IMG/VR virus record: IMGVR_UViG_3300035182_000826
Coordinates: 32,001-96,000 of that record
DNA: 64,000 nucleotides
Reading direction: 5' to 3' (one strand)
Source of the DNA: a virus
Below, one piece after another: positions 39,141-48,457 of this stretch. Positions within the stretch are counted from its first letter, which is position 1, and every line of letters starts with the position of its first letter. Under the pieces are notes generated by a model that ran no database searches, had not been told where the DNA came from, and worked only from the letters and a program-made list of their open reading frames with translations. A program made the position numbers and the translations under genes.

Positions 39141-39506
39141 TCACTGGGTGTGTGGCTTACCTTCAGCCAGCCGCTTCTTGGCCTTCTCAGCCTTCAGCTT
39201 TGCCTTCACTGTTTCAAGCTTTTGCTTGTCTTCAGCTGATAGGTTCTTTCCGGCGCGGTTGATGTAAAAGTTCAAGCGCGACATTGCTTGTGCTTCAGAT
39301 TCACTGTTGCTACGAAGCGTCTTCGCGATCTCATCCGCTGACTTTGTGAAAAGCCCTTCTGGTGGTGTCCACTTCGTGTCAACATCAGCGCTCCATTGCT
39401 TTTCAGCGAGGATTTCTCTGGCGCGTTCAGTGATGTACTGCTTTGCTAGCTCAGAGGCGTTACCCTCATTGATGATTACGTTCACTACGTCTTTCAACAT
39501 GGTCAT
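39141..39506 (-). CDS. Protein resembling DUF3175
   Basis: WSA.V, IA..L, AMS.LNFYINRAGKNL. Confidence 0.7.
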   Translation of the reverse strand: MTMLKDVVNVIINEGNASELAKQYITERAREILAEKQWSADVDTKWTPPEGLFTKSADEIAKTLRSNSESEAQAMSRLNFYINRAGKNLSAEDKQKLETVKAKLKAEKAKKRLAEGKPHTQ

Positions 39507-41341
39507 TCTCCTTGAGGGTTTTGAGTTGATTGAGGTGTCTGTGATGATTGGGTTGTCTGTGATGATTGGGGTGTTTGTGATGATTGGGGTGTTTGTGATG
39601 ATTGAGGTGTCTGTGATGATTGGGTTGTCTGTGATGATTGGGTTGTCTGCTTTGTGCCAGCTGTGATAATTGATGTCAGCGCCCGAATTTTCTGTAGGAT
39701 TACTCCAGGGCTGGTAAGTGTTTGCTTCTTAGCACGAAGCGCCGTGACCAACTGAGTCTTTTGGTAATTCAAATTCGCGTCTGGCACTCCAAGCACTGAC
39801 AACAATGATGAGATGGCTTGGAAGTATGTATCAGTTCCGAGCCGCACATCTTCAGTGACAGGCTCAATTGATGTTGACGCTGAAATGTTCAATCTGCTTG
39901 CAAGGCGTCTGAGCAGCATTTCCAACGAGGGGTCATCCTCAATTGACAATGCGACACGGCGAAGGAATGTGTTCACGACAGCTGGGCCACCTTGAACAAC
40001 GAGTTCCTCTGGCAAGCCAAGCTTAACAAGGATAGCTTCAAGCAAACGTTGAACAGCATCTCCGCGGCGATGATTAGCTGCTTCACTCAACTCAAACCCT
40101 GCCTCTTTTCCAAGTGCCTTGTACAAATTGATGAACGCTGTCTTCGCTGCCGCGTGCTGGCGAAGGTATTCAGCACCAGCAGTAACAGAATCGGCTGCAG
40201 CAGCAGTGTTGTAGAAGCGTCCAGGAATTCCAACTAATTGGAAGAACGCAGCAATTTGCTTTGCCATAGGCAACTTCAGACGAGAAACAAAGGCACGACC
40301 CTGAGCGTCAAGCTTCATTGACAGCCCGTCGCGAACGCCATCACTCAAGTCATTCGCTTCTCTGATCAATGATTCCTCAAGTTGCGGTTTTACTTCAAAA
40401 GTTGACTTAGCACCAATTACGTTCTTTTGCTTTGTGAGCTCAGCTGCCATGCGCTCAGCTTCTTCAAGTGATGGGTACTTCACAATTTTTCCTTCACGGG
40501 TGTACAGATACTCTTTCAGGCCATTTACGCCGCCAGAGCTCTTGATTTTTAGAACCCATTTCTTTGCGTTCAGCGCAGAGGCCATATGGGCTTTCACATC
40601 ATCCGATAGAGATTCCTTAACTTTAGCAGGCTTTTTTTCATCTGTTGAAGCTTCTTCCTCTCCTTCCTTCTTTTCCTTCTTCTTTTTCTTCTTGTCGTTT
40701 TCGTCTACTTCATCCTCATCTGATTCTTCATCAGTTTCGTCATCAGCTGTGTTAGGATTTGTTTTGTCGTCGTCATTAGGCGTCAACAACTTGTTTTCAA
40801 TAGGTTCCTCTGGGTTTAGTTCAGCGAGATCAGCACCAGAATCAAATGACGCGGCTGGTGAATCCTTGTCGATAAACGAATCAAGTTCAGGAGTGTCAAT
40901 GTTATCTTCATCACCGCTTTGCGCGACGCTCTGATCACCTTGCTCAGTTGGCCAAACCACATCAACAATGTCGAACTGTGTTGCCATCTGATTGATTGCG
41001 CTTTCGATGTCATTGTCCATGCCAAGCATGTTCGACAATGCCTTCTCAAACTCATCAGCTTCTTGCGCGTTCACATAGATTTCGATGTAGTCACCATTGT
41101 CAGTCTTGACAACGAAACCAACAGAATCAACTTGGTCATTCAGCTCAGCCGCACGCTCAAGATAGTTGTTCACATCAGAACCTGTGACGCTACCATCAGT
41201 GCCATGGTTGATCATGTTCCGCATCAATGAGAATCTAACATCAGACTTATTGGAAGCGGTGTCAGTTGAGCCAGCATCAGTTCCATCAGACATCTTGAGT
41301 TTGGTTTGAATGTGGTTTTCTAGTTCAGAAAGTAATTTCAT
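39503..41341 (-). CDS. Acidic hypothetical protein, possible internal head protein
   Basis: 612 aa with D/E and K tracts, several L/I-x-E sites, C-terminal QSSQT(P/T) repeats. Confidence 0.6.
   Translation of the reverse strand: MKLLSELENHIQTKLKMSDGTDAGSTDTASNKSDVRFSLMRNMINHGTDGSVTGSDVNNYLERAAELNDQVDSVGFVVKTDNGDYIEIYVNAQEADEFEKALSNMLGMDNDIESAINQMATQFDIVDVVWPTEQGDQSVAQSGDEDNIDTPELDSFIDKDSPAASFDSGADLAELNPEEPIENKLLTPNDDDKTNPNTADDETDEESDEDEVDENDKKKKKKEKKEGEEEASTDEKKPAKVKESLSDDVKAHMASALNAKKWVLKIKSSGGVNGLKEYLYTREGKIVKYPSLEEAERMAAELTKQKNVIGAKSTFEVKPQLEESLIREANDLSDGVRDGLSMKLDAQGRAFVSRLKLPMAKQIAAFFQLVGIPGRFYNTAAAADSVTAGAEYLRQHAAAKTAFINLYKALGKEAGFELSEAANHRRGDAVQRLLEAILVKLGLPEELVVQGGPAVVNTFLRRVALSIEDDPSLEMLLRRLASRLNISASTSIEPVTEDVRLGTDTYFQAISSLLSVLGVPDANLNYQKTQLVTALRAKKQTLTSPGVILQKIRALTSIITAGTKQTTQSSQTTQSSQTPQSSQTPQSSQTPQSSQTTQSSQTPQSTQNPQGE
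39528..39649. repeat. 18-bp coding tandem repeat (~7 units)
   Basis: GATTG(A/G)G(G/T)TGT(C/T)TGTGAT units. Confidence 0.9.
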
Positions 41342-43605
41342 TTTTTATCCTTGCGTGGATCTGGGTACTTGAGCAACATACGGTGAATGTTTGGGTTTCT
41401 CTTCCGTTTGATGATCTTGGAATTACCAAGGCGCTGTGGAAAAGTTGCGATGTTCGCGCTGGTGGTCATTGACGATGTGTTCATAGGCGCAGCATTTGAG
41501 GTGCTTGGGTCAACACCTGCGAAAGGCGCATCATCTTCCTCAGCGAGCTTTACCACATCACGCAAAAGACCTTCTTTGAGTGCCATTTGATTTTCTCCTG
41601 CGGTTGAGGCATTTAGCAACACGTTCTGCTGAATCACCTTAAACCGTCTGAATAGCTGACTGTTCCCGGCGTACTGCAGACCTAGCATGAACACCAAGTT
41701 CATTGCAGTGACTTTGTCTTCGAATGAAAGCTCAGCCCAATGTGGAACAAGACTGATCAACATATTTAGCTTTTGGTTTCCAATCCCAGACAGTCTCCAG
41801 AATCGATCTAGCATGAACTGATGATTCTTCCAATTAATGGAAACTTGCTTATCCCATGATAGCTCCAAGTGCATACGTCTCCAGAGAATGTCATTCACCT
41901 GAGAAGTCGCTCTCTTGATGATTCTCTTGGCATCCATCGACAATCCAATCTTTGGATCATTGAAATGCCAGATTGCGTAACCCCAGTGGTTCAACTCACT
42001 CATACCAACATCCCACTTCTTAAGATTTGAGAGATTATGGTTCCGCAGCTTTCTCATGCCAATGATGTCATGCTCTTGAATAATGATCATCGAAATGAAT
42101 ACGATTGTGAGGTACGTGCTGATCATCTGAACGCCGTCTTTGCCAGCGAAATCAGCGATTGCGATGTCATTTCTGAGAGTGTTCTTCTTGTGCGTTTTCT
42201 TCTTTGCTTCAGTAAGGCTTTCAAGTGCAAGCGCGTATCCACCAAAGATGACTGCAGCCAATTGAGCTGTGGTGGCCGTTTTTGAAATCTGGTCCCTTAA
42301 CCGTTGAACGCTCTTCTTTGCCTCAGCAAAGATTGTGAGTGTTCTTGCTATCACGTCCTTGCTCAGTGAGACCTCTGTGCCGTCAGAAAGCTTCTTCTTC
42401 AGTGTGCTGGATTTGCTCTTGAACTCAGCCAAGAGGTTTTCAATGTCAAGTCTAGCACGCTCTACGATTGCTAACGCATGCTTCTTTGTGGCTATGATGT
42501 CATTAGCAGTTCTTGACGCATCGGCGAACTGCTGAATAGTTCTGGCTGGAGTGTCACCTTTGAATTGTTCAAGGGCCTTCTTGGCATTGGCTGGCTTCGC
42601 CAGCTCACGGTTTCCAAACAGCTCAGCAAGCTTGATTCGCATTTCACCAATGATGCCACCGCGATCAATAAGATCAGCGTTCTCATCCGTGGTGGTCAGC
42701 CCTCCCTGAACCATGTTCCGATAGTACTGATTGAACTTGTTCATCTCAAGGAAGACACCCTTGTCCACAACCTTGATCTGCTCTCCATTTTCATCGCGTA
42801 GAACATACCCCTCAATAGGGCCTTTGCTGATCGAGTTTGGTTTTTTGGCGTTCAGTGCCTTTAGGAGTTCATCCTTGATTGGCAGTTTGTACTCTTCAAG
42901 AATCTGTCCAATCAATGCTTCTCTGAATTCCTTGAAGGCGTTCCGGCTCTCCTTAGGAATTTTGTTCAGTGATATGGTGAGCGTTTCACCATTTGTCATG
43001 CCCTGCTCATTTTGTGAATTCAGGAACTTTTGGAATTTGGACAGCAAGGTGTCATTGACCTTGATCTTACTTGCGTCAAGTTCAGCTGGTTCAATGAACT
43101 TGACGTCAAGATCCTTATCAACCACCTGAACTTCCTCTCCATCTGAGCTCTCAATTGCTTGAATTGACACGCTTACCTGGCGACCAGTCAACTTTGTCTT
43201 GAGCCTGTCAAAGTTCTCAGCGCTACCTTCAACTGGGCGCAGGAGGGCGACGTAGGACACCGGTTCCACTGAGTATGAAACACTATTAGGCTGTTCACCG
43301 TACAACACCTCGGCCTCACCGGTGTCGCCAGGGGATAGTGTCTCCAACACAATGTCCTTCACTTTTTCAAGAGCGGCATGGGCGGCCCTGAATTGATTGA
43401 AGTCACTAACTGGTGCCCAATCATCTGGACTGTACATCTTCTTGGCGCCATTTCTCTTGCCTTCACGTGACGTGAAGAATTGCCCTTCTTGATCAACGCC
43501 AAACCAGAGTTGAGCGCCATCAAGCTTCTCCTGAATCTGCATCGAGGAGATTTTCTTCACAAGGCTGATGAACTGTTCTGGCTTTAGGTCTTCAATGTGA
43601 ATCAT
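41338..43605 (-). CDS. Protein with N-terminal ligase-type nucleotidyltransferase domain (DUF6267-like)
   Basis: Motif I EKLDG, FFTSR, GEAEVL, motif IV EGYVL, motif V KVVDK; minus-strand TAAATA at 43626-43631. Confidence 0.65.
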   Translation of the reverse strand: MIHIEDLKPEQFISLVKKISSMQIQEKLDGAQLWFGVDQEGQFFTSREGKRNGAKKMYSPDDWAPVSDFNQFRAAHAALEKVKDIVLETLSPGDTGEAEVLYGEQPNSVSYSVEPVSYVALLRPVEGSAENFDRLKTKLTGRQVSVSIQAIESSDGEEVQVVDKDLDVKFIEPAELDASKIKVNDTLLSKFQKFLNSQNEQGMTNGETLTISLNKIPKESRNAFKEFREALIGQILEEYKLPIKDELLKALNAKKPNSISKGPIEGYVLRDENGEQIKVVDKGVFLEMNKFNQYYRNMVQGGLTTTDENADLIDRGGIIGEMRIKLAELFGNRELAKPANAKKALEQFKGDTPARTIQQFADASRTANDIIATKKHALAIVERARLDIENLLAEFKSKSSTLKKKLSDGTEVSLSKDVIARTLTIFAEAKKSVQRLRDQISKTATTAQLAAVIFGGYALALESLTEAKKKTHKKNTLRNDIAIADFAGKDGVQMISTYLTIVFISMIIIQEHDIIGMRKLRNHNLSNLKKWDVGMSELNHWGYAIWHFNDPKIGLSMDAKRIIKRATSQVNDILWRRMHLELSWDKQVSINWKNHQFMLDRFWRLSGIGNQKLNMLISLVPHWAELSFEDKVTAMNLVFMLGLQYAGNSQLFRRFKVIQQNVLLNASTAGENQMALKEGLLRDVVKLAEEDDAPFAGVDPSTSNAAPMNTSSMTTSANIATFPQRLGNSKIIKRKRNPNIHRMLLKYPDPRKDKK

Positions 43606-43686
43606 GAGAGCGGTTTCCTTTAGCCTATTTACAGCAGCAGATAAACGGATTTGTAAATAGTGAACGCCAGATCTTAGGCAAGAAAA

Positions 43687-43996
43687 ATGAACCTGTACTT
43701 CTTACACAGCAATCTAGCATCATTGCTTCATCATGAGGCCGCCCATGAGTCAATTCCTGAGCTCTTTTGGTATGACTACATTTTTGATATTCATGATTTG
43801 GACTGGTTAAAGAAGCGTGAAGGCGCCCTGCTAAGGATCCAAAGTTTGCATACCTATACGCAAGTATTGCGCTCAAAGCACCATTCCCAAAAGGCGAAGC
43901 TGCGATTGCAAAGACCACAACTTATTCAAAAGAGTATGCAAAAAAAGGTTCTTCATGCCGTACCATGATGGTAAACTGATTACGAAGGCGAAGTGA
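43687..43996 (+). pseudogene. Frameshifted repeat-protein gene
   Basis: Family leader, frameshift near 43829, then AKDPKFAYLYASIALKAPFPKGEAAIAK in another frame and a YHDGKLI terminus. Confidence 0.75.
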
Positions 43997-44532
43997 TGTA
44001 TCTGTACAAATACCATTCACAACCTGAGACCTTGCTGCATTATGATGCAGCTCATGATTCCGTTCCTGAATTCATCTGGGAGAAGTACAAGAAGAACCCA
44101 GAAAAGATGAAGATGAAGAAGAGGGAGGACGCAATTGCGAAACACCCAGGGTATGCATTTGTGTACGCGAGAGATGTCCTAAAGGCGCCATTTCCTAAAG
44201 GCGAGGACACAATTGCGAAAGACACAAGGTATGCATTTGCGTACGCGAGAGATGTCCTAAAGGCGCCATTTCCTAAAGGCGAGGGCGCCATTGCGAAAGA
44301 CACAAGGTATGCGTATTTGTATGCGAAAGAGGTCCTAATGGCGCCATTTCCTAAAGGCGAGGGCGCCATTGCGAAAGACCCAGAGTATGCGTATTTGTAC
44401 GCGAGAGATGTCCTAAAGGCGCCATTTCCTAAAGGCGAGGGCGCCATTGCGAAAGACTCATATTATGCGTATTTGTATGCGAAAGATGTCCTAAAGGCAC
44501 CATTTCCTAAAGGCGAGGCTGCTGACTTCTAA
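43993..44532 (+). CDS. 26-aa tandem repeat protein
   Basis: Leader plus 5 repeats of 78 bp; ends GEAADF. Confidence 0.88.
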   Translation: MMYLYKYHSQPETLLHYDAAHDSVPEFIWEKYKKNPEKMKMKKREDAIAKHPGYAFVYARDVLKAPFPKGEDTIAKDTRYAFAYARDVLKAPFPKGEGAIAKDTRYAYLYAKEVLMAPFPKGEGAIAKDPEYAYLYARDVLKAPFPKGEGAIAKDSYYAYLYAKDVLKAPFPKGEAADF

Positions 44533-44556
44533 TCTGAACCTAGTTGGAAAACTAAA

Positions 44557-45261
44557 ATGAATCTGTACAAGTACTATTCACAACCTAACACCTTGCTGCA
44601 TTATGATGCAGCTCATGACTCCGTTCCTGAATTGATCTGGAAGAAGTACGAGAACAACCCAGAAAAGATGAAGAAGAGGGAGGACGCAATTGCGAAACAC
44701 CCAGGGTATGCATTTGCGTACGCGAGAGATGTCCTAATGGCGCCATTTCCTAAAGGCGAGGACACAATTGCGAAAGACACAAGGTATGCGTATTTGTATG
44801 CGAAAGAGGTCCTAAAGGCGCCATTTCCTAAAGGCGAAGCCGCAATTGCGAAAGACCCAGAGTATGCGCGTTTGTACGCGAGAGAAGTCCTAAAGGCGCC
44901 ATTTCCTAAAGGCGAGGACGCAATTGCGAAAGATCCAGGGCCTGCATTTGGGTACGCGAGAGATGTCCTAAAGGCACCATTTCCTAAAGGCGAGGCTGCA
45001 ATTGCGAAAGATCCAGAGTATGCGTATTGGTACGCGGTAGATGTCCTAATGGCGCCATTTCCTAAAGGCGAAGCCGCAATTGCGAAAGACCCCATGAAAT
45101 CATATTTGTACGCCAGATTCGTGATTAGGGGCCGTTGGCCTAAAGGTGAAGCCGCGATTGCAAAGAGCCAAACGCAATCACAACTCTACGCAACCTACGT
45201 GCTCCACGGTGACTTTATCCTGAATGGGAAAACAATTTACAAAATGAACAAGGAATCATGA
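44557..45261 (+). CDS. 26-aa tandem repeat protein
   Basis: Leader plus 6-7 repeats with a divergent capping repeat. Confidence 0.88.
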   Translation: MNLYKYYSQPNTLLHYDAAHDSVPELIWKKYENNPEKMKKREDAIAKHPGYAFAYARDVLMAPFPKGEDTIAKDTRYAYLYAKEVLKAPFPKGEAAIAKDPEYARLYAREVLKAPFPKGEDAIAKDPGPAFGYARDVLKAPFPKGEAAIAKDPEYAYWYAVDVLMAPFPKGEAAIAKDPMKSYLYARFVIRGRWPKGEAAIAKSQTQSQLYATYVLHGDFILNGKTIYKMNKES

Positions 45262-45614
45262 TGTTCAAAACACTACGCATGCTAACTGAAGCCTTTTCAG
45301 CATTGGAGGCAATTCCAAATAGTTACCTTGATGAATTCAAGGTCAAGGAGCCATCATACGGCCCCGCGCTGATGGCAAAACATGAAGGGTCAGCTTCGCA
45401 TAAGGACACAATCATTGTTGTTGGCATCATTGAAGACCCTGAAGATGAGGATCTACCATTAGCAGTGATGATGAAATCTGATTGGGATGGCATCATCCAT
45501 GAGAAGTTCTTCAATGACACTAAGGATGGTTACAAAGCTGCGTTGGATTATGCGAACATTCTGCGCACGGCCAATCTGACACGTGGTGGCAAGCCAAAAG
45601 GTTGGAAAGACTAA
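45258..45614 (+). CDS. Hypothetical protein
   Basis: ATGA overlap; MMFKTLRMLTEA leader. Confidence 0.55.
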   Translation: MMFKTLRMLTEAFSALEAIPNSYLDEFKVKEPSYGPALMAKHEGSASHKDTIIVVGIIEDPEDEDLPLAVMMKSDWDGIIHEKFFNDTKDGYKAALDYANILRTANLTRGGKPKGWKD

Positions 45615-45619
45615 AAAAA

Positions 45620-45752
45620 GAATCTGTACAAGAAGAGGGAGAACGCAATTGCGAGGACGCAAAGTATGCGTATTAGTACGCGAGAGATGTCCTAGGGGCG
45701 AAGCCGCCATTGCATGATGGTAAACTGATTGCAAAAGGCTGCTGACTTCTAA
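45620..45752 (+). pseudogene. Deleted relic of the repeat-protein gene
   Basis: Concatenated pieces AATCTGTACAAG, AAGAGGGAG, GCAATTGCGA, TACGCGAGAGATGTCCTA, GGCGAAGCCGCCATTGC, GATGGTAAACTGATTGC, GCTGCTGACTTCTAATC. Confidence 0.8.
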
Positions 45753-45799
45753 TCCCTGTAATATTGGGTTCTGGTGTATAAGATTTCTTAAAATATCAA

Positions 45800-46471
45800 A
45801 TGCACTTCGACTACCAATCATTCGACACTGAAACTCATTACGGGCTTCGGTTCTACAAGACTCCTGTTGGGCTGTTGCCGTCAATCACGACGGTGTTAGG
45901 GCTGTCTGCTTCAGAAGAGAAGAAGCAGTCCCTACAACAGTGGCGGGATTCGATTGGTCATGCTGAAGCTGATGCCATTTCCAAGCATGCCACTGATCAT
46001 GGCACTGCAGTTCACTTGCTTGCTGAGAGATTCCTAAAGGGTGAGGCAGTTGATCAGGGTGATGTGGGCCAAGAAGATTTAGCTGCCTTCAATTCCATTA
46101 GGCTGCTGCTAAAGAACATCAATCCCTGGTGCCAAGAGCAGTCGATCTACTCTCCATCTCTCGAAATTGCTGGGCGATTCGATTGCATTGGGGAGTTCAA
46201 TGAAAAGCCAAGCATCATTGACTTCAAAACCTCTAGAAAACTGAAGGATTGGGGGCATGTTCATGACTACAAACTTCAGCTAGCGTTCTACGCATTTGCC
46301 CACAACGAGCTCTTCAAAACCAATATCAGGCAGGGCGTGATCATCATGGCCTCTGGTGATGGTTTTCCTCAAAAGTTCATAATTCCAGATGTGTACGTCT
46401 TTCTGGATGAGCTCTGTGACAGAACTGAACGTTTTTGGCAGGTTCTTGCTAAACAAGTTCAAACGTCTTAA
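45800..46471 (+). CDS. PD-(D/E)XK exonuclease
   Basis: PSITTVL, GTAVH...E, AGRFD, IIDFKTS, QL..YA. Confidence 0.85.
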   Translation: MHFDYQSFDTETHYGLRFYKTPVGLLPSITTVLGLSASEEKKQSLQQWRDSIGHAEADAISKHATDHGTAVHLLAERFLKGEAVDQGDVGQEDLAAFNSIRLLLKNINPWCQEQSIYSPSLEIAGRFDCIGEFNEKPSIIDFKTSRKLKDWGHVHDYKLQLAFYAFAHNELFKTNIRQGVIIMASGDGFPQKFIIPDVYVFLDELCDRTERFWQVLAKQVQTS

Positions 46472-46496
46472 ATAGAACGAAATAAGGAGACACCGT

Positions 46497-47048
46497 ATGA
46501 ACTTCACACTTCCAATCATTGGGCCTACTGAAAATGTTCCAGTGCCAGACGCCCCAATGGAAACACATGAACTGACAATGGATGTAAAGGCCGAAGCATT
46601 GCCTGAAAATGTATATCTTGATAACGCGCAAACCACACAATCATGTGATCAAGATTATCTAGGCATTGATCTGACGATCTGTGTTGATGGTGTGAAGCTG
46701 ATCAAGCGCGTCTTGATTTGCAAGCGTGGTCTGGCCGAGCAAGCAAAGCTTGCAAAGGCATCTGCTACTGTCGTTGAATCAGATGATCCAGATGTAACAG
46801 CTGCTGAAGACGCAGTGTTCGCTGAAAGAGAAACCCTCAGAAAGATTGCAGGGTTGAAAGAATCTGCCGGCAAAAAGTGCTTTGATGTGTTGTTCAGCTA
46901 TGCGGACAAAGACGGGTCTCGTGCGTCAAGGACAGTAAAGATCAGCCATGTGACAGACGCAGCTCATGCTAGACAGATCTTTAACAACAACGTTGCCAAG
47001 AAATTCAACGACACAAAGATCACAAGAACAACAGAAGTCAAGGAGTAA
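46497..47048 (+). CDS. Hypothetical protein
   Basis: RBS AAGGAG, TAAATA at 46469; LRKIAGLKE motif similar to the scaffold C-terminus. Confidence 0.6.
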   Translation: MNFTLPIIGPTENVPVPDAPMETHELTMDVKAEALPENVYLDNAQTTQSCDQDYLGIDLTICVDGVKLIKRVLICKRGLAEQAKLAKASATVVESDDPDVTAAEDAVFAERETLRKIAGLKESAGKKCFDVLFSYADKDGSRASRTVKISHVTDAAHARQIFNNNVAKKFNDTKITRTTEVKE

Positions 47049-47053
47049 GCGCT

Positions 47054-47608
47054 ATGCACCCAGTTGTGATCATGGCTCATAAAAAATCAGACGCCATCAA
47101 CAAGGCAGTACAAGCACTTGAGGATGCAGGTCTTGAAGTGGTTGTCCTAAATTCTGAGAAGTCAAAGCTGATTGACTTCCTCGGCGCCTTGGCTGGTCTA
47201 GACCCAGCTGAGCTTGAGGATAAGGGTGGTGAAGAGAATCTTGACACTCCCCCAGCAGACAATGCTGATGATACTCCCCCAGCAGATGACGTCACTACGA
47301 CCGAGGACACTCCTTCAGATGATCTTGATGATGAAGGCAAGCCAAAGAAGAAAAAGAAGGGGCCAGATGTTCAAGATGAACCTTCTGATTTGGAAGAAAC
47401 TCTGAAGATTGAAGACCAGCTGTACAAGATTAAGCTTGTTCAAGAGTTGACAGAACCACGCGTCACACTGCTTCCATCAAACATTGGGTGTGAGTCTGAT
47501 CGCGCCGTAATCTCAATCAATGAGAAGCTTACATTGGTTTCACTTTGTGGTGGAAGCGAGCCCATTATTGAGCTCACCTCTGAGATGCTTAAAACACTAA
47601 GGGGCTAA
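47054..47608 (+). CDS. Hypothetical acidic protein
   Basis: RBS AGGAG; low-complexity D/P linker. Confidence 0.55.
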   Translation: MHPVVIMAHKKSDAINKAVQALEDAGLEVVVLNSEKSKLIDFLGALAGLDPAELEDKGGEENLDTPPADNADDTPPADDVTTTEDTPSDDLDDEGKPKKKKKGPDVQDEPSDLEETLKIEDQLYKIKLVQELTEPRVTLLPSNIGCESDRAVISINEKLTLVSLCGGSEPIIELTSEMLKTLRG

Positions 47609-47609
47609 T

Positions 47610-47798
47610 ATGCTAGTGCCTTATACTAAACTGTCAGAATTGTCGCAAGGCGAACTTCAAATGTTGAAGGAGTCAGTGCCGACTATGAATTTGTCAGACA
47701 CAACTGTCCAGTTCGCTGGAAAGATCTTGTTGACAAAGGAAATTCGGATGCAGCTACAGTCTTGGCAAAACCCTTCAAGGAAGATTCTTCTTGGTTAA
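47610..47798 (+). CDS. Small hypothetical protein
   Basis: Fills the gap in the operon; ATG follows the upstream stop. Confidence 0.4.
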   Translation: MLVPYTKLSELSQGELQMLKESVPTMNLSDTTVQFAGKILLTKEIRMQLQSWQNPSRKILLG

Positions 47799-48432
47799 TT
47801 CACCTTTCATCGTCATTGAAGAGTTCATTTCTCCACTAAGGGCTGGGCTCATTAGAGACAAGTATTCATTGGCAAGACCTTCGTATCGGAAAAATCCAGA
47901 TGGATTAACCGTGCCAATCCCCCATGAGTGCTTCCTAAAAGAACAGGACATCGCGACACGGTTCAGTTCAATCATTCCAATGATCGAGGAAAAGTACAAC
48001 GCTCAAGTTGTTGCGGTGAACGCACCGCACTTCCAACAGTTCTGGCCATCTCAGGTTGTACCAGCTCAGCTTTATGGGTGTGAGTCTGCTAAGTACACGA
48101 GGAAAAAGTGGGTCAAAACAAAGGACGTTGACATTGTCGGGTATCTCTGGCTAAAGTCATACCAGCCCTCAGTTCCATTCGATCTTACGAATGAAGTGTA
48201 TGGTGGAAAGCTTGAATTTCCATCCTTTGATCACAGCCTTACACCAGAAGCAGGAACGCTTGTGCTATTTCCCGCGATTCCAAGCTTTGCAATGGCGATC
48301 AGCCATGTGCTCGTTGGAACACTTGAACAGATCAAATTCACTGTGTCATTGCGGGTAGATGGTGCTCGGTGGGTCTATAAACCTGAGCAATATCCAGGAA
48401 CTTTCATACAGTGGATGATTCCAGCAGAATGA
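47791..48432 (+). CDS. 2OG-Fe(II) oxygenase-fold protein, degenerate
   Basis: YGGKLEFP....TPEAGTLVLFP pattern; canonical HxD...H ligands not evident. Confidence 0.6.
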   Translation: MVNSPFIVIEEFISPLRAGLIRDKYSLARPSYRKNPDGLTVPIPHECFLKEQDIATRFSSIIPMIEEKYNAQVVAVNAPHFQQFWPSQVVPAQLYGCESAKYTRKKWVKTKDVDIVGYLWLKSYQPSVPFDLTNEVYGGKLEFPSFDHSLTPEAGTLVLFPAIPSFAMAISHVLVGTLEQIKFTVSLRVDGARWVYKPEQYPGTFIQWMIPAE

Positions 48433-48434
48433 AA

Positions 48435-48457
48435 AATGGGGAGCATTGCTCCCCATT
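48435..48457. terminator. Hairpin between convergent genes
   Basis: AATGGGGAGCA-T-TGCTCCCCATT. Confidence 0.6.

Noticed and set aside
44052-45095. Antisense ORFs over repeat genes, and the many short antisense ORFs inside long genes
   Set aside because: Shadow frames caused by repeat periodicity and codon bias.
38224-45261. Diversity-generating retroelement acting on the repeat genes
   Set aside because: No reverse transcriptase in the window, and differences between units are not confined to adenine positions of one template copy.
45800-46471. Cas4 as part of a CRISPR system
   Set aside because: PD-(D/E)XK motifs are present but there is no four-Cys Fe-S pattern; matches the stand-alone exonuclease common in T4-like phages.
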